A stretch of DNA of 64,000 nucleotides from an uncultured Clostridia bacterium (GTDB taxonomy: Bacteria; Bacillota; Clostridia; Christensenellales; UBA1242), in contig CALWFB010000001.1 in assembly GCA_944377485.1 (NCBI GenBank), positions 94,095 to 158,094 of the forward strand, in the 5' to 3' direction. Position 1 is the first letter of the stretch, and the number at the start of each line of letters is the position of its first letter. The translations under genes and the position numbers were made by a program. This document shows, in pieces, positions 45,964 to 56,800 of the stretch. The notes below the pieces were generated by a model. The model was given only the letters and a program-made list of their open reading frames with translations. It had not been told where the DNA came from and did no database searches.

Positions 45964-47682
45964 ATGAAAATGCTATTTGGTTATTTGAAAAAATATAAGA
46001 GGTTCGTAATTTTAGGACCAATTTTTAAAATGTTCGAAGCATTTTTGGAATTATTAAATCCTCTTTTGGTTGCAGAAATCGTTGATGTTGGAGTTTCAAC
46101 TGGTGACACAAATTTTATTATTAAAGTTGGGATTATTATCTTAGTTTCTAACATAGTAGCATTTGGATTTAGTTTAATAAGTCAGAAATGTGCATCTTTA
46201 ACTAGTGTGGGTGTAGCAACGGAGATGCGAGATGCTCTATTTAAAAAAATTTCTTCATTCTCGCACACGGAATTGGACAGGTTTGGAACAGCTTCTCTTG
46301 TGAATAGATTGACTAATGATGTTATGCAAGTAGAAAATGCTGTTTCAATATTTATGAGAATGATGATACGTGTACCATTTTTGTTGGTTGGTGCTTTTGT
46401 ATTAAGTTTAATGATAAATATAAAGACTTCTTTTATATTCTTGGTCTTAATTCCAATAATGTTGATAATACTCATCATTTATATGAAAAAAACAACTCCA
46501 TATTTTAAAATAATGCGTACCAAACTAGATAATATTACAAAAATTACAAAAGAAAACTTATCAGGAACTCGTGTCATTAGGGCATTCAATAAACAGGCTG
46601 ATGAACAAAGTAGATTTGAAGTTGCCAGTGAAGATTATACAAGTACAAGCATAAAGGTTTCAAAAATTTCTGCACTATTAAATCCATTGATTTATTTAAT
46701 AGTGGACGCAGCAACGATTGCTTTACTCTACATTGGTGGAATACAAATTAATATAGGAGGCATGACCCAGGGTGACATTATTGCACTCATTGATTATATT
46801 GCGATTATAACAATATCATTATTGCTACTATCACAAATAATTGTAATGTTTGTTAGAACGGTGGCAAGCCTTCATCGAATTGAAGAAATCAAGAATACAA
46901 AACCTACTATTGTAGATTCATTAGAAGCAAAAGAATTTAAGCGATTGAATTATGATAACATCTTGGAATTTAAGAATGTCAGTTTCAATTATTCAATGGA
47001 TAGCAAAGAAAAGTCTTTTATAAAAGATTTATCGTTTGAATTGAAACCAAAACAGACACTGGGAATCATTGGAGGAACGGGTAGCGGTAAGACGACTTTG
47101 GCAAGTTTAATTACGCGTTTTTATGACGTGACAAATGGCGAAATTTTATATAAAGGGAAAAATATTAAAGATTTTACAATTGAACAGTTACGTAGAGAGA
47201 TTAGTATTGTTCAACAGAGAAGCGCTTTATTTAGTGGAAGTTTGCGTGAGAATATGCAACTTAGAGATAAAAATGCGTCGGATGATGAAATTATTGAAGC
47301 ATTAAAAATCAGCCAAGCATGGCAATTTGTTTCAGAATGGCCTAATAAATTAGACTATCAGATTATGGCAGGAGGTAAGAACGTGAGTGGTGGTCAAATG
47401 CAACGTCTAACAATAGCCAGAGCATTAATAAATAAACCTGAATTGTTGATACTAGATGATAGTAGTAGTGCACTAGATTTTATGACCGATTCGAATTTGA
47501 GAAAGGCACTAAAAAAATTGGATACAACTCTCATTCTTATATCACAGCGAGCAACCTCAATAAAAAATGCAGATTTGATAATAGTCTTAGATAATGGAGA
47601 TGTAGTAGGCATGGGCAGACATGCCGAATTGATGAAAAATTGTGAGATTTATAAAGAAATTTACGATTCGCAGGCAAAATAG
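45964..47682 (+). CDS. ABC exporter, fused permease/ATPase subunit with a degenerate site (heterodimer partner 1)
   Basis: 6 TM plus NBD. Walker A GGTGSGKTTL, signature VSGGQMQR, Walker B LLILDDSSSALD (catalytic Glu replaced by Asp). Confidence 0.9.
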   Translation: MKMLFGYLKKYKRFVILGPIFKMFEAFLELLNPLLVAEIVDVGVSTGDTNFIIKVGIIILVSNIVAFGFSLISQKCASLTSVGVATEMRDALFKKISSFSHTELDRFGTASLVNRLTNDVMQVENAVSIFMRMMIRVPFLLVGAFVLSLMINIKTSFIFLVLIPIMLIILIIYMKKTTPYFKIMRTKLDNITKITKENLSGTRVIRAFNKQADEQSRFEVASEDYTSTSIKVSKISALLNPLIYLIVDAATIALLYIGGIQINIGGMTQGDIIALIDYIAIITISLLLLSQIIVMFVRTVASLHRIEEIKNTKPTIVDSLEAKEFKRLNYDNILEFKNVSFNYSMDSKEKSFIKDLSFELKPKQTLGIIGGTGSGKTTLASLITRFYDVTNGEILYKGKNIKDFTIEQLRREISIVQQRSALFSGSLRENMQLRDKNASDDEIIEALKISQAWQFVSEWPNKLDYQIMAGGKNVSGGQMQRLTIARALINKPELLILDDSSSALDFMTDSNLRKALKKLDTTLILISQRATSIKNADLIIVLDNGDVVGMGRHAELMKNCEIYKEIYDSQAK

Positions 47683-47688
47683 GAGATT

Positions 47689-49428
47689 ATGAAGAAAAAA
47701 GGATTTAAACAATTACTTTCAAAATTACTGCCTTATGTTCGACCACATAAGACATCTTTTTATATGTCAGTGGTGTTCACTCTGTTAGCAATTAGTATAA
47801 ATATGGCAATTCCTATACTTTCTGGGTTAGCAATTGACTGTATGATAGGTGTTAATAATGTGAATTTTCATCTTTTGTACGAATATTTAATTATAATTTT
47901 AATTATGACGATAATGAGTTCATTATTGGATTGGTTGGGTGAATATAATATGAATATTTTAACTTATAAAACAGGACAATCAATCAGGAACGCAATTTAT
48001 CACAAATTGAACAATGTACCGATTAAATATGTGGACAACAATTCTCACGGAGATATTATGAACACAATGATAGCGGACGTTGAGAATGTGACAGATGGAT
48101 TTTTGAGCGGATTTAAGTCTATTTTGTGTGGTATATTTCAATTAGTTGTAGTTATGGTTATAATGCTTGTATTGAGATGGTTGCTAGCTTTGATTGTCAT
48201 AATTATAGCACCTTTTTCATTGCTTTTGGCAATTAAGATAACCAAAAAGAGCAAAAAACTATATCGTCAACGTGTCGAAATACAAGGTTCTGTCAGTGGT
48301 TATGCAGAAGAGATGATTACTAATATGAAGATAATCAAAGCGTTTAACGATGAAGATAATGCAGTTGAAAAATTTAATTCATTGAATAAACAATTATATG
48401 ATTCTGGTGAAAAATCAAGTTATTATGCGTCTCTTGCAAATCCTGCATCACGTTTGGTAAATGGAATTTTATATGGTGTGATTGGAGTTATGGGTGCCTT
48501 TATGGCTATGGATGGTCTCAAAATTGGTAGGATTTCATCATTTTTAAGTTATTCGGATAATTTCACGAAACCATTTAATGATTTAACAAGTATATTTGCG
48601 GATTTAAATATTGCAATTGCCAGTGCAGGTAGGGTTTTTGAATTGTTGGATGAACCTAATGAAATTGACGATAGTAAACTGCCAATACTAAAAAAATGTA
48701 ATGGTGAAGTGGAATTAAAAAATGTAGATTTCAGTTATTCGAATTCGTTTAAATTGATTGAAAATTTGAATTTGTCAGTAAAGAAAGGGCAAAGAGTGGC
48801 TATCGTTGGGCCAACGGGATGTGGAAAAAGTACAATAATAAACCTTTTGATGCGCTTTTATGATGTTGATAAAGGTAGTATAAAAGTTAGCAGTAAAGAT
48901 ATTAGGAAAGTAAAACGTGCATCATTTAGAAGCTTCTATGGAATGGTGTTGCAGGAGAGTTGGCTTTATAATGCTAGTGTCAGAGATAATGTTGCATATG
49001 GAAAACCTGATGCCAGTATGGATGAAATAATTGAAGCCTGCAAACAGGCAAACGCTCATCAGTTCATTGAAAAATTGCCAGAGGGTTATGATACGATTAT
49101 AACAGAAAGAGCAGATAATATTAGTGCTGGGCAAAAGCAACTTTTATGTATCGCTAGAATTATGCTTTTAAAGCCACCAATGATGATTTTAGACGAAGCA
49201 ACAAGCAATATTGATACCAGAACAGAAATGAAGATTCAGGAAGCACTGGATATCATGATGGAAGGAAGAACGTGTTTTATTGTTGCACATAGATTGTCAA
49301 CCATTGAAAATGCTGATACTATTTTGGTAATGAATAAGGGAAGTATTGTGGAACAAGGAAAACATAATGAGTTGTTGGAAAAACAAGGATTTTATTATGA
49401 ATTATTTAATTCTCAATTTGGAGTGTAA
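47689..49428 (+). CDS. ABC exporter, fused permease/ATPase subunit (heterodimer partner 2)
   Basis: 6 TM plus NBD. Walker A GPTGCGKSTI, signature ISAGQKQ (non-canonical), Walker B MMILDEATSNID (canonical D-E). 6-nt gap after partner 1, with AGGAG RBS. Confidence 0.9.
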   Translation: MKKKGFKQLLSKLLPYVRPHKTSFYMSVVFTLLAISINMAIPILSGLAIDCMIGVNNVNFHLLYEYLIIILIMTIMSSLLDWLGEYNMNILTYKTGQSIRNAIYHKLNNVPIKYVDNNSHGDIMNTMIADVENVTDGFLSGFKSILCGIFQLVVVMVIMLVLRWLLALIVIIIAPFSLLLAIKITKKSKKLYRQRVEIQGSVSGYAEEMITNMKIIKAFNDEDNAVEKFNSLNKQLYDSGEKSSYYASLANPASRLVNGILYGVIGVMGAFMAMDGLKIGRISSFLSYSDNFTKPFNDLTSIFADLNIAIASAGRVFELLDEPNEIDDSKLPILKKCNGEVELKNVDFSYSNSFKLIENLNLSVKKGQRVAIVGPTGCGKSTIINLLMRFYDVDKGSIKVSSKDIRKVKRASFRSFYGMVLQESWLYNASVRDNVAYGKPDASMDEIIEACKQANAHQFIEKLPEGYDTIITERADNISAGQKQLLCIARIMLLKPPMMILDEATSNIDTRTEMKIQEALDIMMEGRTCFIVAHRLSTIENADTILVMNKGSIVEQGKHNELLEKQGFYYELFNSQFGV

Positions 49429-49535
49429 AAAAATATAAAAAATTAATAAAATTTAAATATATTGATAAATAAAAAATATTAAATAAACATTTTTAATATA
49501 TAAAAACACGAAATATTTTGTGTTTTTATTTATTT

Positions 49536-50624
49536 TTATAAATTATTTATTAAATTAGCAAATATTTTTTTATTTTCAATTAATCTTTTTTCATTAGGGT
49601 TTAGTGCGATAGCTTTTTCGACCATGCTAAGAGCTCGTTTGTAATCTCCTAGTTCATAATAACACATAGATAAATAATCATATGGCAGACTTCCCCAGCA
49701 CTCAGGCATAGACATATAATTAATTTGTCTATCATGAATTTTTAACATTTGATTGAAGACAAATGCAGATTTTAAATATTCTTTATCTTCAAAATATTTT
49801 ATTGCTAATTCATAGTATGGTTCACGAACATAATCTGCTTCGAGTATTGCCAAAATTTGATATGCTTCTTGATTTTTGCCATCGCCTTTAAGTCGATAAC
49901 AATTTGCAATATATCTCAAACTTGCGGCTCTCTCAATATCCCAAATTGCACTTGGAAGATTTAGATGCCGTATGAACATCTCGATAGCTTTATCGTATTC
50001 TTTGTGAAACATATATTCTCGTGCTAAATAGTGGGTATTTCTATCATCGTTCGGGTTTTCTTTTACAGACAGTTCGAGCAAAGGTAAATATGATGCCCGT
50101 GATTTTGTGTTGTCTGCTTTATGGTTCAACTGTATTTGTGGGATATCAATGGTTTCAAGGATTTTATTGGTTGTTGGGACAAGTATTTCATGAACTGGAT
50201 TTTTCCATTTAAAGCATTTGTTTTTATGTATTTTGTCTGCCATGAATACTATTCCTTCGCTTCCGTCAGGGTTGAAATTCCATGTGTATCTATAACGTAC
50301 TCTACCAGTATTTTCGTTCAAATTCTCTTTTAGAACTTTCGTCCAACCTGGTTCAAAATATTCATCAATATCAATACATACACAAATATCTGCATCTTCT
50401 GGTATTAATTCCATACTATCGTTTCTGGCTTCATCGAACCTGAAATTATCATAGGATTTTTGTTTAACTATTATACCCAATTCCTTAAATTTTTCATAGG
50501 TTCCATCACTACTTCCGGTGTCTAAGACACAAATATAATCTGCTTCTTTTACTGATTCATACCAACGTTCAATAAATTTTATTTCATTTTTTGCTATGGC
50601 ATATACACAAATTTTTTTATTCAT
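49536..50624 (-). CDS. Family-2-type glycosyltransferase with C-terminal TPR repeats
   Basis: GT-A-like N-terminus (CVYAIAKNE...ICVLDTGSSDGT...CVCIDIDEYF). TPR-like C-terminus (CYYELGDYKRALSMVEKAIALNPNEKR). Confidence 0.7.
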   Translation of the reverse strand: MNKKICVYAIAKNEIKFIERWYESVKEADYICVLDTGSSDGTYEKFKELGIIVKQKSYDNFRFDEARNDSMELIPEDADICVCIDIDEYFEPGWTKVLKENLNENTGRVRYRYTWNFNPDGSEGIVFMADKIHKNKCFKWKNPVHEILVPTTNKILETIDIPQIQLNHKADNTKSRASYLPLLELSVKENPNDDRNTHYLAREYMFHKEYDKAIEMFIRHLNLPSAIWDIERAASLRYIANCYRLKGDGKNQEAYQILAILEADYVREPYYELAIKYFEDKEYLKSAFVFNQMLKIHDRQINYMSMPECWGSLPYDYLSMCYYELGDYKRALSMVEKAIALNPNEKRLIENKKIFANLINNL

Positions 50625-50731
50625 AATTTATATTTATGATTTTATTTATAATTTTGTTATTTAATAAAAAATGTAAAAAAATAATTATTTTTAAGAAAAA
50701 AGCATGAAAAAATAAAATTTTTAATAATTAT

Positions 50732-50759
50732 TTGACAATATTTTTTGATTTATTATAAT
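50732..50759 (+). promoter_or_regulatory. Sigma-A-type promoter abutting the macro-like gene start codon
   Basis: TTGACA (50732-50737), 16 nt, TATAAT (50754-50759). The ATG at 50766 is 6 nt after the -10 and has no SD. Confidence 0.45.
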
Positions 50760-50765
50760 AATATT

Positions 50766-51506
50766 ATGTTAAAAATTGATTTAAATGAAAATGAAAAGAA
50801 AGAAATAATTGATGAATTATTAAATATTTTAACTAAGGAAAATGAGCAAAAACTTTTAGATGATTTGACAGATGAAGACAAGCGTTGGTTATTAAATAAT
50901 TTAATGCTTATGCGAACAATGGGGTATTTGGACGAAAATTTTTTACATAAGCAAGATTGTTTACTTTCATATGAAAATAGATTAGGGGGAGTTGTTAATC
51001 CGACAGATTTCAAGTTCAAAAAGAATATTGCTTTTTATAATGAAAATATTACTAAACTTAGTGTGGATGCTATAATAATATTTTCGAGCAATCTTTTCGG
51101 AAGGTTAGATAATTATATAAAATGTTTAGACAACACAATTTTATTGCATGCAGGTTTGCAGGTAAATGAAGATTTGGCTTTTAAACTAAAATCCAATAAT
51201 GGTCTTATTGATTATACTGTTCCATATATTATTGAAGGATACAATTTGCCGGCAAAGAATATAGTGAAAATAATGTTGCGTGAAATATATGGCGATTTCT
51301 TAGATTCTGATAAAGAAAGATTAAAATTGGTTTTGAATAATCTATTTCAGAAAATAAAAGAGTTGCATTGGAAAACTATTGCAATAGGGATATATGATTT
51401 TCCAATGAATTACCCATTAGAATTAATGAAAAATATAATTACTAACGAATTTCAAAGATTAAATAAACAATATAAGACGAAATTAAATATGATTTTTGTG
51501 GAATAA
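50766..51506 (+). CDS. Macro-domain (protein-ADP-ribose hydrolase family)-like protein with degenerate active-site motifs
   Basis: Co-linear with the Firmicute ~265-aa macro proteins: an N-terminal helical extension (RWLLNNLMLMRTMGYLDENFLHKQDCLL), NITKLSVDAIIIFSSN (cf. GDIT-x-L-x-[VI]-DAIVNAAN), EGYNLPAKNIV (cf. RGYNLPAKYIIH) and IAIGIYDFP (cf. ISTGVFGFP). Confidence 0.55.
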   Translation: MLKIDLNENEKKEIIDELLNILTKENEQKLLDDLTDEDKRWLLNNLMLMRTMGYLDENFLHKQDCLLSYENRLGGVVNPTDFKFKKNIAFYNENITKLSVDAIIIFSSNLFGRLDNYIKCLDNTILLHAGLQVNEDLAFKLKSNNGLIDYTVPYIIEGYNLPAKNIVKIMLREIYGDFLDSDKERLKLVLNNLFQKIKELHWKTIAIGIYDFPMNYPLELMKNIITNEFQRLNKQYKTKLNMIFVE

Positions 51507-51530
51507 GTTAATAATTATAAATTAAATGAT

Positions 51531-51995
51531 TTACATATATTTAAAGAAATGTAAATTACTTTTTTCTAGTGACGAAATAAGGGTTTTTAAACAAAATAGT
51601 AAATCAATCATACAGTCTTCACTAATTTTTTTATAATATTCCTTGTCTTCTTTTGAATTCCAATTTTTAATTTCATAAATACATTCAATTAGTTTTTTTG
51701 TGAAAGTAAATAAATTAAATTCTTTGATTTCATGTTTATATTCTATATTAATGCTAAAAGTCGCATGAAGATTATCCATTAATTTTTCGATTATTTTTTT
51801 TGATTCATTGATGCATGATGAAATTGATGTATTAAATTTATTAGTTAGTCCAAAACAAAAATGCCTACATTCTTCTAGTAAAAAATATATTTTATTAATA
51901 TTGTTTTTTCTATTAAATGGCAAAAATTTTTCATATTCAGATTGAATCATTTTATATTTTTCATCACTTAAAATTGGAAAATCATTATAATTCAT
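51531..51995 (-). CDS. Hypothetical helical protein (154 aa)
   Basis: ORF with no recognisable motif, between the macro-like gene and cysS. Confidence 0.5.
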   Translation of the reverse strand: MNYNDFPILSDEKYKMIQSEYEKFLPFNRKNNINKIYFLLEECRHFCFGLTNKFNTSISSCINESKKIIEKLMDNLHATFSINIEYKHEIKEFNLFTFTKKLIECIYEIKNWNSKEDKEYYKKISEDCMIDLLFCLKTLISSLEKSNLHFFKYM

Positions 51996-52136
51996 ATATA
52001 ATTTTATGCTAATAATTTATATAATAGACTTAAATTTTTAATTTAATAATTTTATAAAAAAACATAAAAAAATAGAGAATATTGTCAAAATTATATATTT
52101 TTTTTGTATTTTTTCTCTATTTTCTCTATTTTTTAT

Positions 52137-53522
52137 TTATTTTTTAATTATTTCATATTCGTTGTTTGGTTTATCTAAAATGCTGTATCCTAAAATATTT
52201 ATTTCATCTCGTAGTAAATCACTTGTTTTATAATCTTTGTTTATTCTAGCATTTTTTCTTTCTTCCGCTATTTTAATAATTTCTTTTGGGATTGTAATTT
52301 TTTCTTCTATAATTTCATCAAGCTTTAAACCTAAGAAATTATCGAACTTCAAAATAAGGTTGTATATGTCTAAGCTGTCTTCATTATTCTTTAATGCATC
52401 CCACATTACAGATAAAGCGAGCGGGGTGTTTACATCGTCTGCAATATATTCTTCAAATTTTTGTTCGTAATTTTTAATTTTGCTATCTTCAATTTTTGTT
52501 GTTCCGTATTTGTGTTTTAAAAGTAGTTTTTTCAAATTGGCATAGCTTTCTTTTGCACTATTCAATGCTTCGAATGTGAAATTTTGAGGTTTTGAATAAT
52601 GAGCGGATAGATAAAATAGGCGCAATTCCATTGGGGAATAACCTTTTTCTTTTAGGCTAGACAATGTGTAAATTGAACCTTTTGACTTGCTCATCTTCCC
52701 ACCATCGAACATTAAATGCTCTAAATGGAACCAGATATCTACCACATTATGACCGCATTTAGCATAATTTTGAGCTATTTCATTTTCATGGTGCACTGTT
52801 TTGTGTTCTATTCCACCACCGTGAAGGTCTATATGTTCACCTAAAAATTTGTTTCCAATCGTGCTACATTCTATATGCCAACCAGGATAACCAATTCCCC
52901 ATGGGCTATTCCATCGCTGAATATGGTTATCTTTTGCGATTACCCAGAGTACGAAATCTGCTGGATTTTTCTTTTCTTCATCGACTTCAATACGAGCGCC
53001 GAATTTCTTTTCATTTTGGTTCATACCACCAAGCTTGCCATAATCTTTGAACTTGCTAGTGTCAAAATATACTCCGTTTTTTGTGATATATCCATATCCA
53101 TTTTTTAGAATGTCTTCGATAAATTTTATAATATCATCTATTACAGATGTTGCAGGGCAGATATGTTCGGGCGTTTCAATATTTAAATCTTTCATATCAT
53201 TAAAACAAATATTCCAATAATACTTTGCAATTTCTTCTGGTGATTTATGTTCTCGTCTTGCTGCAACTTCCATTTTGTCTTCACCTTCATCTTCATCGCT
53301 GGTCATATGACCTACATCTGTTATATTCATTGCATGGTTAATTTTATATCCTAAATATTTGACGGCACGACGAATACAATCCATGACAAAGAATGCACGC
53401 ATGTTTCCTATGTGTTGAAACCAATATACAGTGGGACCGCAAAAATAATAATTTACTGTGTTGTCAATAGGTTTAACTGTTTGTTTTTGTTTGGTTAATG
53501 AATTATAAATTTTTAATTCCAT
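52137..53522 (-). CDS. cysS: Cysteine--tRNA ligase
   Basis: Class-I signatures HIGNMRAF (HIGH) and KMSKSKGS (KMSKS), Zn-site Cys/His (CGPTVY; WHIECS) and the C-terminal DALR-like/anticodon domain. Confidence 0.94.
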   Translation of the reverse strand: MELKIYNSLTKQKQTVKPIDNTVNYYFCGPTVYWFQHIGNMRAFFVMDCIRRAVKYLGYKINHAMNITDVGHMTSDEDEGEDKMEVAARREHKSPEEIAKYYWNICFNDMKDLNIETPEHICPATSVIDDIIKFIEDILKNGYGYITKNGVYFDTSKFKDYGKLGGMNQNEKKFGARIEVDEEKKNPADFVLWVIAKDNHIQRWNSPWGIGYPGWHIECSTIGNKFLGEHIDLHGGGIEHKTVHHENEIAQNYAKCGHNVVDIWFHLEHLMFDGGKMSKSKGSIYTLSSLKEKGYSPMELRLFYLSAHYSKPQNFTFEALNSAKESYANLKKLLLKHKYGTTKIEDSKIKNYEQKFEEYIADDVNTPLALSVMWDALKNNEDSLDIYNLILKFDNFLGLKLDEIIEEKITIPKEIIKIAEERKNARINKDYKTSDLLRDEINILGYSILDKPNNEYEIIKK

Positions 53523-53882
53523 TTTATTTCCTTTTATATTAATTCGTTCTATTATAAATTATAATTTGAATAAAGTCAAGAATTTTAATTTGAGAGATTA
53601 ATTATAAAAACGATGATAGAAAAAATAAATTATTAAAAAATTTTAAAAAATATTTAAATTTTATATAAAAAATAAATAAAAAATGTAAAATTATGTAAAT
53701 TTTTATTTAATTTTTAATTTTTTATAAAAATTTTTATCTACTTAATTTTTAGATTTTAGCGTGTTTTTATGCTTTTTATATATTTATAATATATTTTATA
53801 TTTTTTTGTGTTAAATATTTGATAAAATATTATCAATGTGTTAAAATAAACTTAATGGAATAATGACATAAAAGGGGTAAAT

Positions 53883-56800
53883 ATGTCAATACTGAAAAAC
53901 AAAAAGTTTTATATGTGTTTGATACTTGCGTTCGTGTCGCTACTTATTTTTGGTTGTGAAAACAAAACGCCAGTTGAAGATATTTCTTTTAAAGAAGATG
54001 AAATAGTTCTTTTGGTAGGAGAGTCGTATACTCCTAATGTTTCTGTCACTCCTTCATATGCTACTGATTCATCATATACTTTAACTAGCAACAATTCAGC
54101 AGTAGTTGCTATTAATGGCAATTCTATCTTGGCAGTATCGGAAGGCAATACTACAATTCGTGTTAGGTCAAATGATAATAACCTTATTGAAGATGTGATG
54201 ACCGTCATAGTGAGAAAAAATAAAACAACATTAGACACTCCTAGAAATTTGACATATAATGCATCTACACAAACTTTTACATTTGACAATGTTAATAATG
54301 CAACAAGTTATACAATCAGAATTAATGGACATGAAATCAATCTTGGCAATAGCAATACATATTCTCTTTTTCAATATGATTTAGAATTCGGAAATGCTTT
54401 TGATACAGTATTGACGGTTCAAGTTATGGCAAATGCTCCTACTTACAGTCAGGCATTTATAAATAGTGCATTTAGTAGTGAATTAATCATCTATCAAAAT
54501 AGTCCAGTTGTTTCTGCAAGTATAACTAATGGAACTTTAACTTTTGAAAAAAATTCCAACTCCACTAATTATTCAATATTGATTAATGGTGATGAGTTTA
54601 CACGTGGCACAAGTAATGTCATTGACTTGACAAAAATACCTGATGTCTATGTAGGAAATAATGTGACTGTTGGAATTGTTTCACTTGTAAACGATGATGT
54701 TAAGACACGTAATGGGAATAATGTAGTATATTATGATTCAATTAGTTATGATATTGATGCCGCAGTGCTTGATGTGACTGATATTGCAATGACAATGTCG
54801 ACGATTAGCTGGAACAATGTCAACAATGCGAGTTCTTATTCAATTTATATAGATAATGAACGAGTTGCCAATACTATTAATAATTATTTTGATTTAAAAA
54901 CCCTTGCTGATTTTGAAGATATTATATATAAAGATGGTGGTTATCTTATTCGTGTTGAACCTGAAATTGGGGTAAATAGTGTTAATGTTTTAAAATCAGA
55001 AATGTTGAGTGAAGAATTGAGTTTCAATAGATTTGACATGCCGAACTTATCAGCGAGTGGCAATTTAATATCATGGCAAGCAGTGGAATACGCAAATTCA
55101 TATGCTATTGAAATAACTTATGATGAAATGATTGTTAGGACAACTTCTATTTCTAATTCATTTTCATTAGATAACTATCCTGCCGGAACGAATTATACAT
55201 TCAAAATTTATGTAGAAGGGCAAACTTTTGGTGATGTCAATTATCTGTCTTCACCTGTTGCATCTATACAAATAAATAAAAAATCCGATGTTGAGTTGAG
55301 TATTGTTGATTATGTGCTAACTTTCAATAGTCAAATTGGTGATAGTTATAAAATAGAGTTTAATACAATTGATGATACTATCAGTGAGACGATTGAAGCA
55401 GATAGTGATGTATTTGAATTCGATTTGTCTACTTATTCTTTCATGGCAGGGCAGAATGAAGTGGTGGTCACGCATTTAGGGGATAACTCAACAGCGTTTG
55501 ACAGCAATACTACAACTATTCAATTCATTCAACTAGAAAGCATTGACGACATTGAAATAACTAATGGAGTGGCAAAAGTTAATGTCAGTGAAATTAATGA
55601 ATCTGCTGAGATTAAGTTCACAATAACTGGTGAAAAGGGAACAAATATTCAAATTTCGGGCAATGAAGTAAGCCTAAATTCGCAAGATTCAAGCCTAGAA
55701 AATTATCTTCAAAGCGATAATTATACTATTACGGTATATGTTTATGGTGATGGTCAAAATACATTCTCAGTAGGTGGGAAAGTTGCAACAATTTGTGCAT
55801 CAAAACCTTTTGTGGTATTAGGTGTACCTAGTGTTAGTCTATTAGATAAAGATAGTGCAAGTTTAACAATTTCAGATGTCTTGGGAGCTGAGAAATTTAA
55901 TATTTACACTTTGACCGATGATGAATATATATTGACTGAGGAATTAATTCAAAATAATTATGATTTCACATTAAATAATGGAGAAATGTCAATCAAAATT
56001 CAAACAGTTGGAGATGGAACAAATTACTTAAATTCTGTTTTGTCAGATGAAATAAAAATAATTCGTTTAAGCACCCCTTTGTTGTCGTATGATAGCACAA
56101 CAGATATAATAACCAGAACAGACAGTAATCCTAGTGAGTATGTAAAAAACTTTACATTTAAGTTTAATAATGTTGAAAATGACTATGCTTTTGACAATAG
56201 TCCGTTTACAGAATTTGTGGTTGGCGAGAATATATTGACATTGAAAGCCAATGCAGTAGATAGCAGTAGTAATATATTCTATCTAAATTCTTTTGAATAT
56301 CAGTTGACTATTGACATGATAGATAATTCAACGGATATTACGATTGATGGAAATAATAGACTTGTAATTACTCCAAAGAATCAAGATATAGAATATAATA
56401 TTAACCTTATAATAACTATTGATGAAGAAATGAGTTTTGAAGGTAATGACGGAGTTTTAACTTGCGGAGATGACACGTTAAATTATATTTATGAAGACGG
56501 AAGTTATTATATTGATTTGCTGAACCCTGATTATACTCCAATAATTGCTGAAATGAATAAGAATTTCAATGTTAGAGTAAAATTTATTAGTGATAGTACA
56601 GGAGAAGACAGTACTGCAAATAGTGCTTTCACTGCTGATAAATCTATAACATTATTGACTAAAACAACAGCAGGCAGAGAAGGACAATATATAACTATTT
56701 CAAATATTGTTCAAACTAATACATATGTTAATTATGCATTATTGATTAATAATACTTATTGTTTAAACTTAGATGGTTCAACAGTGGTTGACAGCGATAA

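Noticed and set aside
53819-53836. Near-perfect 18-bp palindrome TTGATAAAATATTATCAA upstream of the 2,948-aa gene, as a possible operator
   Set aside because: The same 14-mer TTGATAAAATATTA occurs in the pheS promoter, where it supplies an extended -10 (TGATAAAAT). The simplest reading is a promoter -10 region in AT-rich DNA, although an operator role cannot be excluded.
53523-53882. Expected T-box leader upstream of cysS
   Set aside because: The 360-bp spacer is almost pure A/T. It has no GGUGGUACC-type T-box sequence and no GC-containing terminator/antiterminator. cysS appears not to be T-box regulated here.
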